53,863 bases of DNA, from assembly GCA_938034375.1 (NCBI GenBank), contig CALHLB010000007.1, forward strand, positions 1-53,863, given 5' to 3'. Under the pieces are notes generated by a model, which was given only the letters and a program-made list of their open reading frames with translations, did not search any database and was not told the DNA's origin. The DNA comes from an uncultured Alphaproteobacteria bacterium. Lineage in GTDB: Bacteria; Pseudomonadota; Alphaproteobacteria; Rhizobiales; JACESI01. Of this stretch, positions 39,211-48,482 are shown piece by piece (the first letter of the stretch is position 1; the number at the start of each line of letters is the position of its first letter). The translations under genes and the position numbers were made by a program.

Positions 39211-39633
39211 TTGGCAGGGGAAGAAGATAAAAAAGACAATTTTTCAACCGTTGTACATTTATCAGATCAATTGACGAACAAAACGTCAAAATCAGCTCTT
39301 TCTTCTAACGGACCACAACAAAAACCTTTAGAAAAAGTAAATTTTGGTAGGCATGAACTCAATGAAATCTTAAATTTATATGGTCAGCGTGTTGCTGAAG
39401 GGGAATGGCGTGATTACGCTATGGATTTTCAAAAAGACAAGGCTGTGTTTTCCATCTTTAAACGTTCAAGTGAAATGCCACTTTACCGTATTGAAAAATA
39501 TCCTAAATTATCACGCAAACAGGGGGCTTATTCTGTAATAAATAGCAATGGCCTTATTTTGAAGCGCGGCCACGATCTAAAACAGGTTTTAAAAGTATTG
39601 GCACTTAAGAAGCATCTGCGTATTGTTGATTAA
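39211..39633 (+). CDS. DUF2794-family protein (conserved alphaproteobacterial hypothetical)
   Basis: FGRHELNEILNLYGQRVAEGEWRDYAMDF..AVFSIFKRSSEMPLYRIEKYPKLSRKQGAYSV...ILKRGHDLKQVLKVL matches my recollection of the DUF2794 pattern. TTG start, uncertain. Confidence 0.65.
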   Translation: MAGEEDKKDNFSTVVHLSDQLTNKTSKSALSSNGPQQKPLEKVNFGRHELNEILNLYGQRVAEGEWRDYAMDFQKDKAVFSIFKRSSEMPLYRIEKYPKLSRKQGAYSVINSNGLILKRGHDLKQVLKVLALKKHLRIVD

Positions 39634-39653
39634 AATAAGAACCTTTATTCTTC

Positions 39654-39757
39654 TATAGCGTAATCCTTTTAAAATGATCATCATTTTAAAAGACAAGATG
39701 AGCGAAAAAAAGGAAAAGTGCTAAAATACTTAATCACTTTAAAATGGTTTAGCTATA
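39654..39757 (+). repeat. Copy B of the ~105-bp hairpin-rich repeat
   Basis: TATAGCGTAATCCTTTTAAAATGATCATCATTTTAAAAGACAAGATGAGCGAAAAAAAGGAAAAGTGCTAAAATACTTAATCACTTTAAAATGGTTTAGCTATA. Its right end supplies the TAG stop of the GNAT gene. Confidence 0.85.
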
Positions 39758-40253
39758 TCAGGCTTTTTTGCATATAAACAACGTCTAACCATTGACCATG
39801 TTTAAAGCCGACTTGTTTTAATCTGCCCGCCATTTGGAACCCCAATTTTTCATGTAATCTAATGGAAGCCGGCGAGTCAAGCACAGTAATTAAAGCGATC
39901 ATTTGATGATAACCTCTTTCTTGAGATGCCTTGATTAACTGGCCAAGAAGCTGCCGCCCTATGCCTTGTCCCTGTGCTTGCGGCATCAAATAAATTGTAT
40001 CTTCTACAGTTTTTTCATAAGCTTTTCGTGGGTGGAAAGGACCGACATAAGCATAACCAATAGTTTTTTTATTATACTTTGCAGTAAAATATGGAAAATT
40101 CTGCTCTATTAAACTTTGATATCTTTGAACCATTTCTTGCTGTGTGGGTGCTTCATATTCAAAAGAGGCAAGACCACTTAGAACATGATCACCGTAAATA
40201 TCTGTTATTTCAGGCAGGTCATCAAAAATGGTGGGCGTGATTGTTAAGGACAT
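39753..40253 (-). CDS. GNAT-family N-acetyltransferase (phosphinothricin / methionine-sulfoximine acetyltransferase-like)
   Basis: 166 aa, with an acetyl-CoA binding motif QGQGIGRQLL and PAT-like N-terminal layout (ITDIYGDHVL.G.ASFE...P). Confidence 0.75.
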   Translation of the reverse strand: MSLTITPTIFDDLPEITDIYGDHVLSGLASFEYEAPTQQEMVQRYQSLIEQNFPYFTAKYNKKTIGYAYVGPFHPRKAYEKTVEDTIYLMPQAQGQGIGRQLLGQLIKASQERGYHQMIALITVLDSPASIRLHEKLGFQMAGRLKQVGFKHGQWLDVVYMQKSLI

Positions 40254-40270
40254 GAAATTATTACAATTAA

Positions 40271-40299
40271 TTTAAAAAGGCGGCTCATAGGCCGCCTTT
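40271..40299 (-). terminator. Rho-independent terminator of the BI-1 family gene
   Basis: The minus strand reads AAAGGCGGC-CTATGA-GCCGCCTTT followed by TTAAATT; 9-bp stem, ~40 nt after the stop at 40338. Confidence 0.75.
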
Positions 40300-40337
40300 G
40301 ATTATAATATGTTTACGGTCAACACTTTCAAGATCAT

Positions 40338-41069
40338 CTATTCTTCACGGTTTCCAAGGAATTGTAACAGGAACATGAAGAGGTTAATGAAATCAAGGTA
40401 AAGGGTTAAAGCACCCATAATGGCCTTGCGTGTCATTGTATCTGAACTATCACCTTCAAAATACATTTCCTTAATACGTTGTGTATCATAGGCGGTTAAG
40501 CCTGCAAAAATAAGAACACCAAGAACGGAAATAGCAAATTGAAGCGCACTTGAGCCAAGGAAAATATTGACAACGGAGGCAATAATAATACCGAAGAGGC
40601 CCATAATCAGGAAAGACCCGATGCCTGAAAGGTCACGTTTTGTTGTGTAACCATAAAGGCTTAGTGATGCAAAAGCCGCTGCTGTTACAAAAAATGTTTG
40701 TGCAACACTTTGTTGTGTATAGACCAACAAGATCCATGAAATAGAAACGCCAGTAACAGCTGCATACGTCCAGAAAACGAGCTGTGCTGTTGTTGTACTC
40801 ATTTTGTGAATACCAAAAGACAGAACAAGCACAAAGCCTAGTGGGGCAAGCATAACAACCCATTTAAGAGGGCTTTGAAAAAGCGTGTTTGCTATTTGCG
40901 GATCATTTGACATCCATGTGAACATGCCAAAAGAGGCAAGACCTGTTAATGCCACCGCAATTGCCATATAGTTGTAAACAGACAACATGTAAGAGCGCAG
41001 GCCCTGATCAATGTCGGCGCCAGTTTGGGTGCGACCTTGAGAATAGGTGCGTCTTTCTAAATCAGCCAT
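40338..41069 (-). CDS. Bax inhibitor-1/YccA-family membrane protein
   Basis: 243 aa, seven TM helices, N-terminal GLRSYMLSVYNYM and C-terminal ALTLYLDFINLFMFLLQ patterns typical of BI-1/YccA. Confidence 0.85.
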   Translation of the reverse strand: MADLERRTYSQGRTQTGADIDQGLRSYMLSVYNYMAIAVALTGLASFGMFTWMSNDPQIANTLFQSPLKWVVMLAPLGFVLVLSFGIHKMSTTTAQLVFWTYAAVTGVSISWILLVYTQQSVAQTFFVTAAAFASLSLYGYTTKRDLSGIGSFLIMGLFGIIIASVVNIFLGSSALQFAISVLGVLIFAGLTAYDTQRIKEMYFEGDSSDTMTRKAIMGALTLYLDFINLFMFLLQFLGNREE

Positions 41070-41236
41070 CGATAATACCCTTTTGTTACGATGATGAAAC
41101 CATTATTTTGATGCAATCCTTATAAAACTAAAGATTAGCTTTATATGAATATGGAGAGCTTCTTTTAAAACCTCAAGGGGTTTAATACAAAAGCTTTATG
41201 AATTTTTTGTGCATTTGATTAAGTAGACATGATTTT

Positions 41237-43795
41237 TTATAGATTTCTTAAATAAGGCGCTGCTTTTTGGTTTAAAAGGCGCGCTGTTCCAATTAAGCCC
41301 AGGCACAGGCAGATTAAAAGAGCTGCAAAAGTTATTAGAAAAACTTCCCTAGCAAGAAAGATGAAATCGCCTTGCATAATATTTTCAACAATAAACCACG
41401 CAGCAAGTGTTCCCGTCAAGAGACCAAATATGGCTGTAACCATTCCAAGAAGACCATATTGAATAAGATAGGCCGATAAAAGCTGGAAACGAGTTGCTCC
41501 CAAAGTTTTTAAAATAACAGCCTCTCGCATTTGGCTTTGATGGTTGGCAGCCAAAGTACCAATTAGTACCAGAATAATTGATAAAAGCGTCACAGAGGCG
41601 GCCAGTCTGATGGCAAGGCCTAATTGTCCAATAATGCTACTTACCTGCTCCAGCGCTTCTTTTACGCGAACGGCAGTAATTGTAGGGAAAAGGGTACTGA
41701 TCTTTGATAGAATTTGAAGTTCTTCCGCAACCGTTTTCTCCCCTTCAAAACGCAATGTTGCAAGATGTGTATGGGGGGCGCCTTGAAACGTATTTGGTGA
41801 AAAAACCATAACAAAATTAATGGCTAAAGATTGCCATTCCAGTTTTCTAGTATTGGCTAATTGAGCCTCTATTACACGGCCAAGAACATTGACTTTGATT
41901 AAATCGCCAATTTTCAGGCCAAAATGGCGGGCAATCTCTTCATCAAAAGAAACAAGCGGGGGCCCGTTATAATTTTCAGGCCACCATGTACCTTATGCAA
42001 GGCTGGAGTTTTCTGGTAACTTTTTAGAGTAGGTGATGCCTCTATCGCCACGTAAAGCCCATTGGCTTTCGCTTGGGACACTTATTTCTTCTGGTTTTTT
42101 ACCTGCAATTTCAACAAAAAAACCACGCAGCATAGGTACTTGTTCCAGCCTTCCATCGGGTGTTTTTTCATGAATAGCCTGTTTAAATGCGTTAAGCTGA
42201 TGGTTTTGTATATCAACAAAGAAGAAACTAGGGGCCTCTTTTGCGATACTGGATGTTAGGCGGTTCCGCAAATTTCCGTCAATCAGGGCAATGGTGATCA
42301 GCAATGTTAAGCCAAGGCCGAGCGAAAGAATGACAGAGGGGGTAATGGCACCAGGGCGATAAATATTGCCAAGCGCCAAGCGCCATTGTGGAGATGGTAA
42401 GGCAGGCAGAAGTTTGCAAAGAGCCATAACAAGCGATGAAACAAGTCGCAATGTGGCAAAACTGAAAAGACTGCCAAGAATAAAATAACCAGCTATTTGA
42501 GGGTTTTTTGCTAAAAGAATGATAAGACTTGATAAGCTAACGAGCAGACAAATTAACGCGATGAAAAACCTTAAAGGCGGCCATTTACGCCCTTCTTGCA
42601 GGCCACGAAATAAGCTGGCGGGTTTTGTGCTGTGCGCTTTTGCCAAAGGCCAAAGAGCGAAAGAAAGACTGATTAAATACCCATAAAGCGCAGCCAATAG
42701 AAATGTTTCCGGTTTTGGCGTAATATCAAGCGCTACAGGCAAGAAGTCTTTTAGAAAAAAATTGGCTATGATTGGAATGAAAGCCCCAACAATAAGACCC
42801 AGAATAATAGCTATTGTTGAGAGTATGAGAATTTGCACCAAATATAAAATAAATACAAACCGGGAAGAGGCGCCAATACTTTTTAAAACCGCAATATCAG
42901 TGCGTTTTTTATCCATATAGTTTTTAGTAGCATTGGCAACGCCAAGTCCACCGATTAAAAGAGCCGTTAATCCGACAAGTGTAAGAAAATCAGCAAACCG
43001 TTGAATATTGCTGGAAAGACCAGGTGAAGCATTATCGCGCACTCTTATACGCCATCCAGCATCAGGAAGTACTTTCTGCGTTTCTTCTTGAATAGCTTTG
43101 GGTAACTTATTGTTAAGTCCTATTTTATAATGCCAGCGTATTAAGCTACCTGGTTGAACAAGGCCAGAAGCCTCTAGCGCTTCTAATGATACCATCAGAC
43201 GTGGACCAAATTCTATGGCGCTGGAAAGTCTATCTGGTTCTTTATGAATGATATCACTGATTTTCACATTTATGGAACCAAGTTTAATCGTATCACCAAT
43301 TTCAAGGTTCAAACGAGCAAGCAGCTCTGCTTCTGCTATGCCGCGATAAAAAGTTGGCGACAATTTTCCCAGATTGGCGCTCAGCGCCTGTTTTGACTTT
43401 AATTCTAATGCACCATAAAGCGGATAAAGCGTATCAACGCCTTTTAATTCAACCAATGTCTGGTTTTGCAGGTTTTCACTTTCTGGTACGCGTGCCATGG
43501 TCCGCATGGTTGCGCTTGTACTTACTGTGCCGAGGGTTGTTAAATGATTAAATTCTTTCTCATTCGCTTGCCGATGGACAAGAGAAAAACGAATGTCGCC
43601 GCCTAAGATGGTTTGACCTTCTTTTGCCATTGTATCAACTAATGCAAATGATAGGCCATTAACACCAGCAATTGCTGCAACCCCTAGGGCAAGGCAAGCA
43701 AGTAAAACAAAAAAGCCCTGAAAACCCGCTCGCATTTCACGAACAGCAAAGAAAAATCCGGTTTTAATCTCTGTAAAAAACGAAATATTCTTCAT
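41237..43795 (-). pseudogene. YbbP-like FtsX-domain ABC transporter permease interrupted by one in-frame TAA
   Basis: ORFs 41993..43795 (600 aa) and 41237..41809 are in the same frame. Translating 41810..41992 gives GTWWPENYNGPPLVSFDEEIARHFGLKIGDLIKVNVLGRVIEAQLANTRKLEWQSLAINFV with no further stops. The only interruption is the TAA at 41993..41995, within 853 codons in total. Confidence 0.8.
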
Positions 43796-43822
43796 GGGCC
43801 TATCCGTTCTAAACGTTTTTTA

Positions 43823-43927
43823 TATAGCGTAATCCTTTTAAAATGATCCTCATTTTAAAAGAAAAGATGAGCGCAAACAAAAAGATATAGCTAAAATATT
43901 TTAGCATTTTAAAATGGTTTAGCTATA
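43823..43927 (+). repeat. Copy C of the ~105-bp hairpin-rich repeat, between ybbA-like and ybbP-like genes
   Basis: TATAGCGTAATCCTTTTAAAATGATCCTCATTTTAAAAGAAAAGATGAGCGCAAACAAAAAGATATAGCTAAAATATTTTAGCATTTTAAAATGGTTTAGCTATA. The last codons (..IAKPF*) of ORF 43909..44667 lie inside it. Confidence 0.85.
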
Positions 43928-44667
43928 TCTGAAAGCGATAACAGCGTTGTCATTGTCTTTCGACCTTGCCTTGTTGTATCTGCGTTTTTTATGATACGGC
44001 CATTTTTTATTTCAATTGTCTCATTGCACTTTTTTGCAAGCCCAATATCATGAGTTACAAGAAGAAGGGTCATACCCCTTTGTTCCTGCAATGAAAAAAG
44101 CAGATTTGAAATATCGTTTCCTGTCTTTTCATCCAGATTACCTGTTGGCTCGTCTGCGATAAGCAAATCCGGCTTTGCAACAAGAGCGCGGGCAATGGCA
44201 ACGCGCTGTTGCTCACCCCCTGATAGGGCTGAAGGATAATGATGGAACCTTTCTCCAAGGCCAACGGCTTTTAATTCTTCTTCAGCTTGCCGGAAGGCTT
44301 TCTTATAGCCTGTCAGCTCCAACGGAACGGCAACATTTTCCAAAGCTGTCATATTGGGTAAAAGCTGAAAAGACTGAAAAACAATGCCAATATGATTACC
44401 TCGGAAGCCGGCAAGGCCATCTTCATCCAGTTTTGTTAAATCATGATTGGCAACATTGATTTTACCCCTGTCAGCTTTTTCCAACCCGCTTAAAACCATT
44501 AAAAGCGTGGATTTTCCAGCTCCAGAGGGTCCAATAAGAGAGACCGATTTTCCTTTATTTATGACAAGATTAATACCCTTAAGGATATGGACACGAGCTG
44601 CCCCTGCACCAAGGGAAAGATGCACATCCGTTAGTTTAATTAAAGGATTTTTAAAAGAAGAAGTCAC
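43909..44667 (-). CDS. ABC transporter ATP-binding protein (YbbA/LolD-like)
   Basis: Walker A GPSGAGKST, signature LSGGEQQRV, Walker B LLIADEPT; upstream of the FtsX-type permease and divergent from a tesA-like gene, as in E. coli tesA-ybbA-ybbP. The C-terminal tail is encoded by the repeat. Confidence 0.88.
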   Translation of the reverse strand: MTSSFKNPLIKLTDVHLSLGAGAARVHILKGINLVINKGKSVSLIGPSGAGKSTLLMVLSGLEKADRGKINVANHDLTKLDEDGLAGFRGNHIGIVFQSFQLLPNMTALENVAVPLELTGYKKAFRQAEEELKAVGLGERFHHYPSALSGGEQQRVAIARALVAKPDLLIADEPTGNLDEKTGNDISNLLFSLQEQRGMTLLLVTHDIGLAKKCNETIEIKNGRIIKNADTTRQGRKTMTTLLSLSDIAKPF

Positions 44668-44744
44668 AATGACAATGTTCCTGTTTTAAATATAAGGTAA
44701 ATAGATTTATATAAGGACTAGTTTTATCATATGGGTTCCAATTC

Positions 44745-45365
44745 ATGACTTGCCATTCCCTACGTCTTATTTTTTTTCTATTTACATTTTTAATAACAAA
44801 GCCTTTATTGGCAGAACCCTTTAAAATCATTGCTTTTGGCGATAGTTTGACGGCCGGCTTTGGTTTATCACAAAATCAGGCTTTTACATATCAATTGGAA
44901 AAAGCGCTTCAAGATAAAGGGAAAAATATCAGGATAATTAATGCTGGCGTTTCTGGTGACACCACAAGTGGCGGGCTTTCGCGTCTTGAATGGACACTTT
45001 CTGAAAAAGCCGATGCCATTATAGTAGAATTGGGAGCCAATGACATGTTGCGCGGTACCAGTCCTTCTGCAACAAAGAAAAACCTTGATATGATTTTGGA
45101 AAAATTGAAGGGACACGCGATAAAGGTTCTGCTTGTTGGCATGAAAGCGGCTCCTAATTTAGGGCAAGCTTATGGCAAAGAGTTTAATGCGCTTTATCCT
45201 GCGCTTGCAGCAAAACATGATGTTTTGTTTTATCCGTTTTTCCTTGAGGGGGTAGCGGGAAATCCTAGCCTCAATCAGGCTGATGGTATTCACCCAAATG
45301 AAAAAGGAATTTCTGTTATCGTTGACAATATTTTGCCTTTTGTTGAGAAATTAATGGCCCGATAA
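44745..45365 (+). CDS. SGNH/GDSL hydrolase (TesA-like arylesterase / acyl-CoA thioesterase I / lysophospholipase L1)
   Basis: Signal peptide, GDSLTAG block I, GANDMLRG block III, DGIHPN block V. Confidence 0.85.
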   Translation: MTCHSLRLIFFLFTFLITKPLLAEPFKIIAFGDSLTAGFGLSQNQAFTYQLEKALQDKGKNIRIINAGVSGDTTSGGLSRLEWTLSEKADAIIVELGANDMLRGTSPSATKKNLDMILEKLKGHAIKVLLVGMKAAPNLGQAYGKEFNALYPALAAKHDVLFYPFFLEGVAGNPSLNQADGIHPNEKGISVIVDNILPFVEKLMAR

Positions 45366-45366
45366 A

Positions 45367-47676
45367 TTACCAAAAACTTTGCGGGTCTATGTCGATGGAA
45401 AGTTTTGTTTGCCCCTTTGGCTTTTGGCAGTTTGAAAGCCAGTTTTCAATATAAGACTGGATATTTATGTTTTTGGGTGCTCGAATTAAAAGTCGCATCC
45501 GATAGAGCCCGCGTAAAGTAGCAAGCGGGGCTTCTGATGGACCGAGTATCATAAGCCGGTTATCGGGGGGCGCGTTTTGCCGTAAATGTTGGCCGTAACT
45601 GATGGCTTCATGCTTTCCCTTTGCAGAAATAATAAAGGAAACGAGTCGTGTATAGGGAGGTAAATCGGCATCTTTACGCGCTTTTGCCTCTGCCTTATAA
45701 AATTCATTGCGATTGCCTGCTAAAAGCGCTTTTATAACAGCATGTTCAGGGCAATAAGATTGAAGGTAAGCTTTTGATTTGCCCCCAGCGCGTCCTGCTC
45801 TTCCAGTTACTTGCGATAAAAGTTGAAAAGTGCGCTCTGCCGCGCGCATATCCCCCTGTGACAGACCTAAATCAGCGTCAACAACGCCAACAAAAGCAAG
45901 GTTTGGAAAGTTATGGCCTTTGGCAACCAATTGGGTGCCAATAATAATATCAGCCTCCCCTCTTTCGACTAAAGCGAGTTCTTCCTTAAGCTTTTGAGCT
46001 GTTGAAAACATGTCGGAGGATAAAATAAGGTTTCTCGCTTCTGGAAAGCGTTCTTGGACTTCCTCATAAATACGTTCCACGCCTGGCCCACAGGCAATAA
46101 GGCTTTCTGTGCTTTCGCAATTGGGGCATTGATTTGTTTTTTTCAGGCTAAGTCCACAATGATGGCACTCTAATGTGTTTTGAAAGCGATGTTCTACCAG
46201 CCATGAAGCACAATTGGGGCATTGAAAGCGATAGCCACACTGGCGGCATAAGGTAAGGGGTGCATAGCCACGACGATTGAGAAAAAGCAGGCTTTGTTTG
46301 CCTTCTTCAAGAGTTTCTTTAAGGGCTTCTACTAATTGAGGCGCAAGCCACTTTTCTTTTTCAGGTCCGCTTTCCCGCATGTTGATGACTTTTAATGCCG
46401 GCAGTTCTGAACTATCAATTCGAGAAGGAAGATGAACCGAGTGATAACGCCCTTCCTCAACATTGATAAAGGTTTCAAGGCTTGGAGTGGCAGAGGCTAG
46501 AATAACTGGAAAATTGCCACAATGGCCACGTACAACCGCCATATCACGGGCATGATAATAAATGCGCTCTTCTTGCTTATAGGCCATGTCATGTTCTTCA
46601 TCAACTATGACGAGCCCTAAATTCTGAAAAGGTAGAAAAAGAGCAGACCGCGCACCAACGATAACCCGCGCTTCACCAGAAATCACAGCCTGCCAGGCTC
46701 TTTTGCGGCGTTTATCAGCCATATCTGAATGCCACTCTAATGGGCGGGTGCCAAAGCGGGTTTTAAATCTATCGAGGAAAGCGGCAGTAAGTGAAATTTC
46801 AGGAACAAGAATAAGGACTTGAACATTTTTCCGCAAAGCTTCCGCAATTGCTTCAAAATAGACTTCCGTCTTGCCAGAACCTGTTACCCCATCGATTAAA
46901 GTGACAGAAAATCCGCCATTTTCAACCGTTTTCTTTAAGTTTTCAGCCGCTTTTTCCTGGGCTTTGAAAAGAGGTCTGGTGCTAAAATCAGGGTTCGGTT
47001 TTTGCACGAAAGGAAGGGGCGGTAGAGAAATTTTTCCAAGGACGCCGACCTTGACCAAACCATCAAGAACACTCTTTGATACATGTGTTTTCTTTAATAT
47101 TTCAGATTGTGGTAATTTTTCAAAATTCTTAAACAGTTCCAAAACTTTAAGTCTTGCTTCTGTTTGTTTTTCAAGAGGCTTTCCCGTTCTTTGATATCCA
47201 GTTAAAGGCGGTTGTTTTTCAAGGTTTCCGGCACCCCTTAAAGCCATTTTGGCTGTTAGGCCGGCTGCTGTCATTGTATAGCGGCTTACCCATTTTAAAA
47301 AAGAAAGCATATCAGGTTTGAGAGGGGGGAAGGGCAGTACTTTCTCAATGGATTTCAGTTTTTTTAAGTCGGGGCATTGCGATGGTTTATCATCAACCAC
47401 AAGCCCCAATACTTTTCGCGGGCCTAAAGGCACTTCCACAATGCTTCCGATAGATACAGATTCGTGTTCCAGAACGCGGTAAGAATAGGCAGGAATACCT
47501 GGAACAGGCACCAAAACAGACAGAATAGAAGCGTTTAATTCTACTCGTTCTTGTTCTTTGACCTCTTCATTTACTTCATCAAAATGAAAGACATTTTCTT
47601 CTTGCTCAAATCCTTCCAAAAGTGCCGTGAGACCTTTTTTATTATTTGTTGAATTTTGTGTTTTTTTATCTGTCAT
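45367..47676 (-). CDS. priA: Primosomal replication restart helicase PriA
   Basis: GVTGSGKTEVY Walker A, DEEHD box, Cys-rich zinc region CRQCGYRFQCPNCASWLVEHRFQNTLECHHCGLSLKKTNQCPNCES. Confidence 0.93.
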   Translation of the reverse strand: MTDKKTQNSTNNKKGLTALLEGFEQEENVFHFDEVNEEVKEQERVELNASILSVLVPVPGIPAYSYRVLEHESVSIGSIVEVPLGPRKVLGLVVDDKPSQCPDLKKLKSIEKVLPFPPLKPDMLSFLKWVSRYTMTAAGLTAKMALRGAGNLEKQPPLTGYQRTGKPLEKQTEARLKVLELFKNFEKLPQSEILKKTHVSKSVLDGLVKVGVLGKISLPPLPFVQKPNPDFSTRPLFKAQEKAAENLKKTVENGGFSVTLIDGVTGSGKTEVYFEAIAEALRKNVQVLILVPEISLTAAFLDRFKTRFGTRPLEWHSDMADKRRKRAWQAVISGEARVIVGARSALFLPFQNLGLVIVDEEHDMAYKQEERIYYHARDMAVVRGHCGNFPVILASATPSLETFINVEEGRYHSVHLPSRIDSSELPALKVINMRESGPEKEKWLAPQLVEALKETLEEGKQSLLFLNRRGYAPLTLCRQCGYRFQCPNCASWLVEHRFQNTLECHHCGLSLKKTNQCPNCESTESLIACGPGVERIYEEVQERFPEARNLILSSDMFSTAQKLKEELALVERGEADIIIGTQLVAKGHNFPNLAFVGVVDADLGLSQGDMRAAERTFQLLSQVTGRAGRAGGKSKAYLQSYCPEHAVIKALLAGNRNEFYKAEAKARKDADLPPYTRLVSFIISAKGKHEAISYGQHLRQNAPPDNRLMILGPSEAPLATLRGLYRMRLLIRAPKNINIQSYIENWLSNCQKPKGQTKLSIDIDPQSFW

Positions 47677-47809
47677 GAAAAAGGATGGATATGTTGGAGC
47701 GATTCTTTATAAACAATAGCAAAAGCCGGGTGCAATTTTATATTTTTTCCGTTATTGAGTGGATAAACTCAAGTAGCCAGACAATAGTTCAGATAAGGAT
47801 AATGATACC

Positions 47810-48463
47810 ATGAAATTTTTTGTTGATACTGCCGATATTAATGAAATTCGCACATTAGCAGAAACCGGCCTTCTGGATGGGGTGACAACAAACCCGTCTC
47901 TTATCCTCAAATCTGGTCGTGATATCAAGGAAGTTTTGGCAGAAATTTGTGATGCCGTATCCGGCCCTGTTTCGGGTGAAGTGGTGGCAATGGAAGCTTC
48001 AGCCATGATTGCAGAGGGTAAGAAACTGGCTGAAATTGCCGATAATATCTGCATCAAACTTCCCCTCACCATGGATGGGTTGAAAGCGTGTAAAGCGCTA
48101 ACATCTGAAGGGTATAAAAGCAACGTCACCTTGTGCTTTTCAGCCAATCAGGCGCTTTTGGCCGCGAAAGCAGGGGCGACCTTTATCTCGCCATTTATCG
48201 GACGTTTGGATGACATGGCAATCGATGGTATGGAGCTGATTGAGGATATCCGCACCATTTATGATAATTACGGCTTTAAAACAGAAATTTTAGCCGCCTC
48301 CATCCGCACAGTTAACCACGTGAAAGAAGCAGCTCTAGCCGGTGCAGATGTGGCGACTATTCCACCTTCAACGCTGAAGGCGCTGGTTAAGCATCCTTTG
48401 ACGGATAAAGGATTGGAAGCGTTTATGGCAGATTGGGAAAAGACCGGGCAGAAGATTGTTTGA
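47810..48463 (+). CDS. tal: Short-form transaldolase / fructose-6-phosphate aldolase (class 3B)
   Basis: [26 protein letters not shown] and the Schiff-base Lys region ICIKLP; 217 aa. Confidence 0.9.
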   Translation: MKFFVDTADINEIRTLAETGLLDGVTTNPSLILKSGRDIKEVLAEICDAVSGPVSGEVVAMEASAMIAEGKKLAEIADNICIKLPLTMDGLKACKALTSEGYKSNVTLCFSANQALLAAKAGATFISPFIGRLDDMAIDGMELIEDIRTIYDNYGFKTEILAASIRTVNHVKEAALAGADVATIPPSTLKALVKHPLTDKGLEAFMADWEKTGQKIV

Positions 48464-48482
48464 GAGGATTTGAGATAATCTA

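Noticed and set aside
39012-39230. 72-aa plus-strand ORF in the phoR / DUF2794 spacer
   Set aside because: The sequence is low-complexity and basic, with no RBS. It overlaps the structured region better explained as a minus-strand RNA and runs out of frame into the DUF2794 gene start.
47752-48147. 131-aa minus-strand ORF
   Set aside because: It is antisense to the transaldolase gene and looks like a shadow ORF.
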